Below, piece by piece: positions 61,726 through 64,000 of a stretch of 64,000 bases of DNA. The notes under the pieces are model-generated. The model saw only the letters and a program-made list of their open reading frames with translations. It ran no database searches and had not been told where the DNA came from. The position numbers and the translations under genes were made by a program. The stretch is from the NCBI GenBank assembly GCA_965262915.1, contig OZ253564.1:4864001-4928000 (forward strand), written 5' to 3'. Within the stretch, counting starts at the first letter, position 1; the number at the start of each line of letters is the position of its first letter. This stretch comes from Candidatus Spongiisociaceae bacterium (lineage in GTDB: Bacteria > Actinomycetota > Acidimicrobiia > Spongiisociales > Spongiisociaceae).

Positions 61726-63126
61726 TCAGCTGGTGCAGCCTTGGCCGTCTCCGTCACGGTCCAAGCGGTAGGGGTCCACACCGGCCACGAGTACGGTTAC
61801 CGGTTTCTGCGCGGTGGTCAGGTCACCACAGTTGAGCGCGTCGCCTTCCAGGTAGGGGATGCACGGACTGTAATCAGGGTGGCATCCCTGTTCGGGGGTG
61901 CTGGTGGCGGTCGTAGTCGTCACTGCCGGTGCCGGCAGTGCCGCATCGGCAGCATCGTCGGGACAGTCCGAGATGATGCCCCTCAGGGTGTCAGCCTCGG
62001 CTGTGTCCACACTGAGTTCCCACCGTACCTTGACATGGATCCACGCCGCCGCATACCAACAACGCTGCGACACTTCGGGTGGCAGCCAAGTTGTGGGATC
62101 CTGCGCACCCTTCGAACGGTTCGACCCAGCAGACACCCCAACAAGGGAATGCTCGTAACCAAGATCGTTAGCGAACCGTTCCCTGTCCTGAGAGTCCCAG
62201 CTGTGGGCCCCGGACTCCCACGCTTCTTTGAGCGGGACTAGATGATCGATATCGAAACCGCGTCCGCTGCCCGTCTCGGTCAAAGCGTCGTAGCGACTCA
62301 CCCACACCCCACCCGACAGGACACAACCCCCACCAACCGTCGGTGCGGTCACAGCCTCGGCGATCAACACTTCGCGGCGGGTGTCGCAGCCGTCCCCATC
62401 CGCGTCGATCCAATGACGGAACAGGTCCCGGTCGTAACCGTCGGGCTGTTCCACCACCACAGACAACCCGTCCAACAAAACCACCAAACCCCCGTCAGCC
62501 ACCGGCGCCTCGAGGTCGAGGGCCCGCACCAAAAACGTCGCCATCTGCGCGCGGGTAACAGACTGATCCGGGCAGTAACGCAAAGGACCGGTCTTACACC
62601 CCGAAGTCACACCAGCCGCTGCTAGAGCATCAATATTCTCCTCATGTGTGTTGCCCCCGGTATCGGCAAAACCAGCCGCCGGCGCGGCTTCGAGGTCGAG
62701 GGCCCGCACCAAAAACGTCGCCATCTGCGCGCGGGTAACAGACTGATCCGGGCAGTAACGCAAAGGACCGGTCTTACACCCCGAAGTCACACCCAGGTCA
62801 GCAAGACGTTCGACATAACTCACCCACCAAACAGCGGGGTCCACATCGGCGAACCGTGTCTCGACTTCGGAACCTTCCGGTGCCTGGTTGAGGGCTCGGG
62901 TGACCCACACCGCCATAACCCAACGCAGAAGCGGATCCCCAGGACAGACCCGCCGTTCGCCGCATTCGGTACCGTCAAGAACCCCCGCCTCCGACAGCCT
63001 GTTAATCGACGGTTCGTGAACGCCCCCATCGTCGTCAAAACTATCCGATTCTGCTCCCACCACCACAGCAGCAGCCCCAACAGCAGCCAACGCGGCCACA
63101 GCCACCCACAACAAACGGAAACGCAT
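61726..63126 (-). CDS. Secreted S-layer-homology protein with DUF1524/HNH nuclease and Excalibur-like Ca-binding domains
   Basis: Signal peptide; three SLH repeats (FADV, GVTSGC, TRAQMATFL.RA); YDR..F.HW.D.DGDGC.TR, DIDHLVPL.EAW.SGA, FAND, NRSKG; C-terminal DPYRLDRDGDGQGC. Confidence 0.88.
   Translation of the reverse strand: MRFRLLWVAVAALAAVGAAAVVVGAESDSFDDDGGVHEPSINRLSEAGVLDGTECGERRVCPGDPLLRWVMAVWVTRALNQAPEGSEVETRFADVDPAVWWVSYVERLADLGVTSGCKTGPLRYCPDQSVTRAQMATFLVRALDLEAAPAAGFADTGGNTHEENIDALAAAGVTSGCKTGPLRYCPDQSVTRAQMATFLVRALDLEAPVADGGLVVLLDGLSVVVEQPDGYDRDLFRHWIDADGDGCDTRREVLIAEAVTAPTVGGGCVLSGGVWVSRYDALTETGSGRGFDIDHLVPLKEAWESGAHSWDSQDRERFANDLGYEHSLVGVSAGSNRSKGAQDPTTWLPPEVSQRCWYAAAWIHVKVRWELSVDTAEADTLRGIISDCPDDAADAALPAPAVTTTTATSTPEQGCHPDYSPCIPYLEGDALNCGDLTTAQKPVTVLVAGVDPYRLDRDGDGQGCTS
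62509..62793. repeat. Intragenic ~105-bp direct duplication with 180-bp period (SLH repeats)
   Basis: tcgaggtcgagggcccgcacc...cccgaagtcacacc occurs at ~62510 and ~62690. Confidence 0.9.
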
Positions 63127-63399
63127 CCCAACCCCAAACCAGACTCGCCAAACATGCATCCTAAACCCTGTCCGAACCGCCCCAACCCGGGACCATCAAC
63201 CAACACCGGCGAAGACCCCGACGCAGGAGCCACGACGCTGGCTGCCACAACACGCCCAGTCTGCCTAACTCCCCCACCACCCCCTGAGCCTCGCTACGGA
63301 GGGGTAGTCCGCTGCCAACAGGGGTGAACAACCACCTGAGCGACTACAGGCCGTTCTCCAACGCGACAGCCTCGTCGTCGGGGTCCTTCAGCGCCAAAG

Positions 63400-63775
63400 A
63401 CTTCACCCCCCGTGCCCAACCTGACCCCAACGGGCCGCTGTTCGCGAAAAAGATCGTGTTCACCGGCACGCTGGAGTGCATGCCGCGGCGAGAAGCGTTT
63501 CAAGCAACAGTCGACGCAGGAGCCGCCCCGATCGGATCTGTGAGCAAGCGCACCGACTATCTCGTCGCAGGAGCCACCGACCTTCCGCAAGGTCGGGGAA
63601 TCAGGGCTGAGCACCAAACACCGCAAGGCCCTCGCCCTAGCCGCTACAGGCAACCACATCCAGATCATCGACGAGGACCAGTTCATGTGCCTCCTCGCCG
63701 GCACAGTCACCAGCGACGCTCCCATCGCTCACAGCGACGACGATGCCAGTCACCACCGACCCACACTCGCCTAAA
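63400..63775 (+). pseudogene. BRCT-domain remnant (as in DNA Pol III epsilon-like exonuclease-BRCT proteins)
   Basis: PLFAKKIVFTGTL..MPRREA....VDAG....SVSKRTDYLVAG [fs] SGLSTK.RKA......IQIIDEDQF. Confidence 0.75.
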
Positions 63776-64000
63776 GCAGAGCCCCAACCCCCGGTGCGGC
63801 AGAACACCCCGAACGCCGGTGAGACGGTTGTTCCACATCGCCGACGATGCGTCACCCCAGCGGTCCTCGAGGACGCGGCATACCCGCTCGGCGCTAACCC
63901 CGGAACCGGACACAAGGGTGGTGGTCGACATACTTAAACAGTTGGGCACCCCTCCGGTTTTGCAAGGGCCGGGGGTCGCTGATTTGCCGGCGGCGAAGGG

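Overview
High-GC bacterial chromosomal window, most consistent with an actinobacterium. Evidence: an rpsF-ssb-rpsR-rplI-dnaB block, dcd beside tRNA-Gly(CCC), PAC2, bS22 and many leaderless genes; Acidimicrobiia-like is an inference. From left to right: (i) a nested IS pile (IS1182, IS630, IS5 remnant) joined at CTAG sites; (ii) an atypical gcvPA-gcvPB-enolase-NAD-kinase-like operon with no gcvT/gcvH; (iii) intact housekeeping genes at about 9-24 kb and 30-46 kb, with two copies of a ~240-bp MITE-like repeat; (iv) two decaying catabolic cassettes (25-29.5 kb, splitting copZ from copA, and 46-57 kb) with frameshifts, in-frame stops and truncations; (v) an IS1380 flanked by ~730-bp inverted arms. 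The arms are made of repeated units of a small, apparently unannotated tyrosine-recombinase element (integrase + 70-aa membrane peptide + ~320-bp structured spacer with a 12-bp perfect inverted repeat). A secreted SLH/HNH/Excalibur nuclease and a BRCT remnant follow. All family assignments are from motif recognition by eye; no database searches were run.
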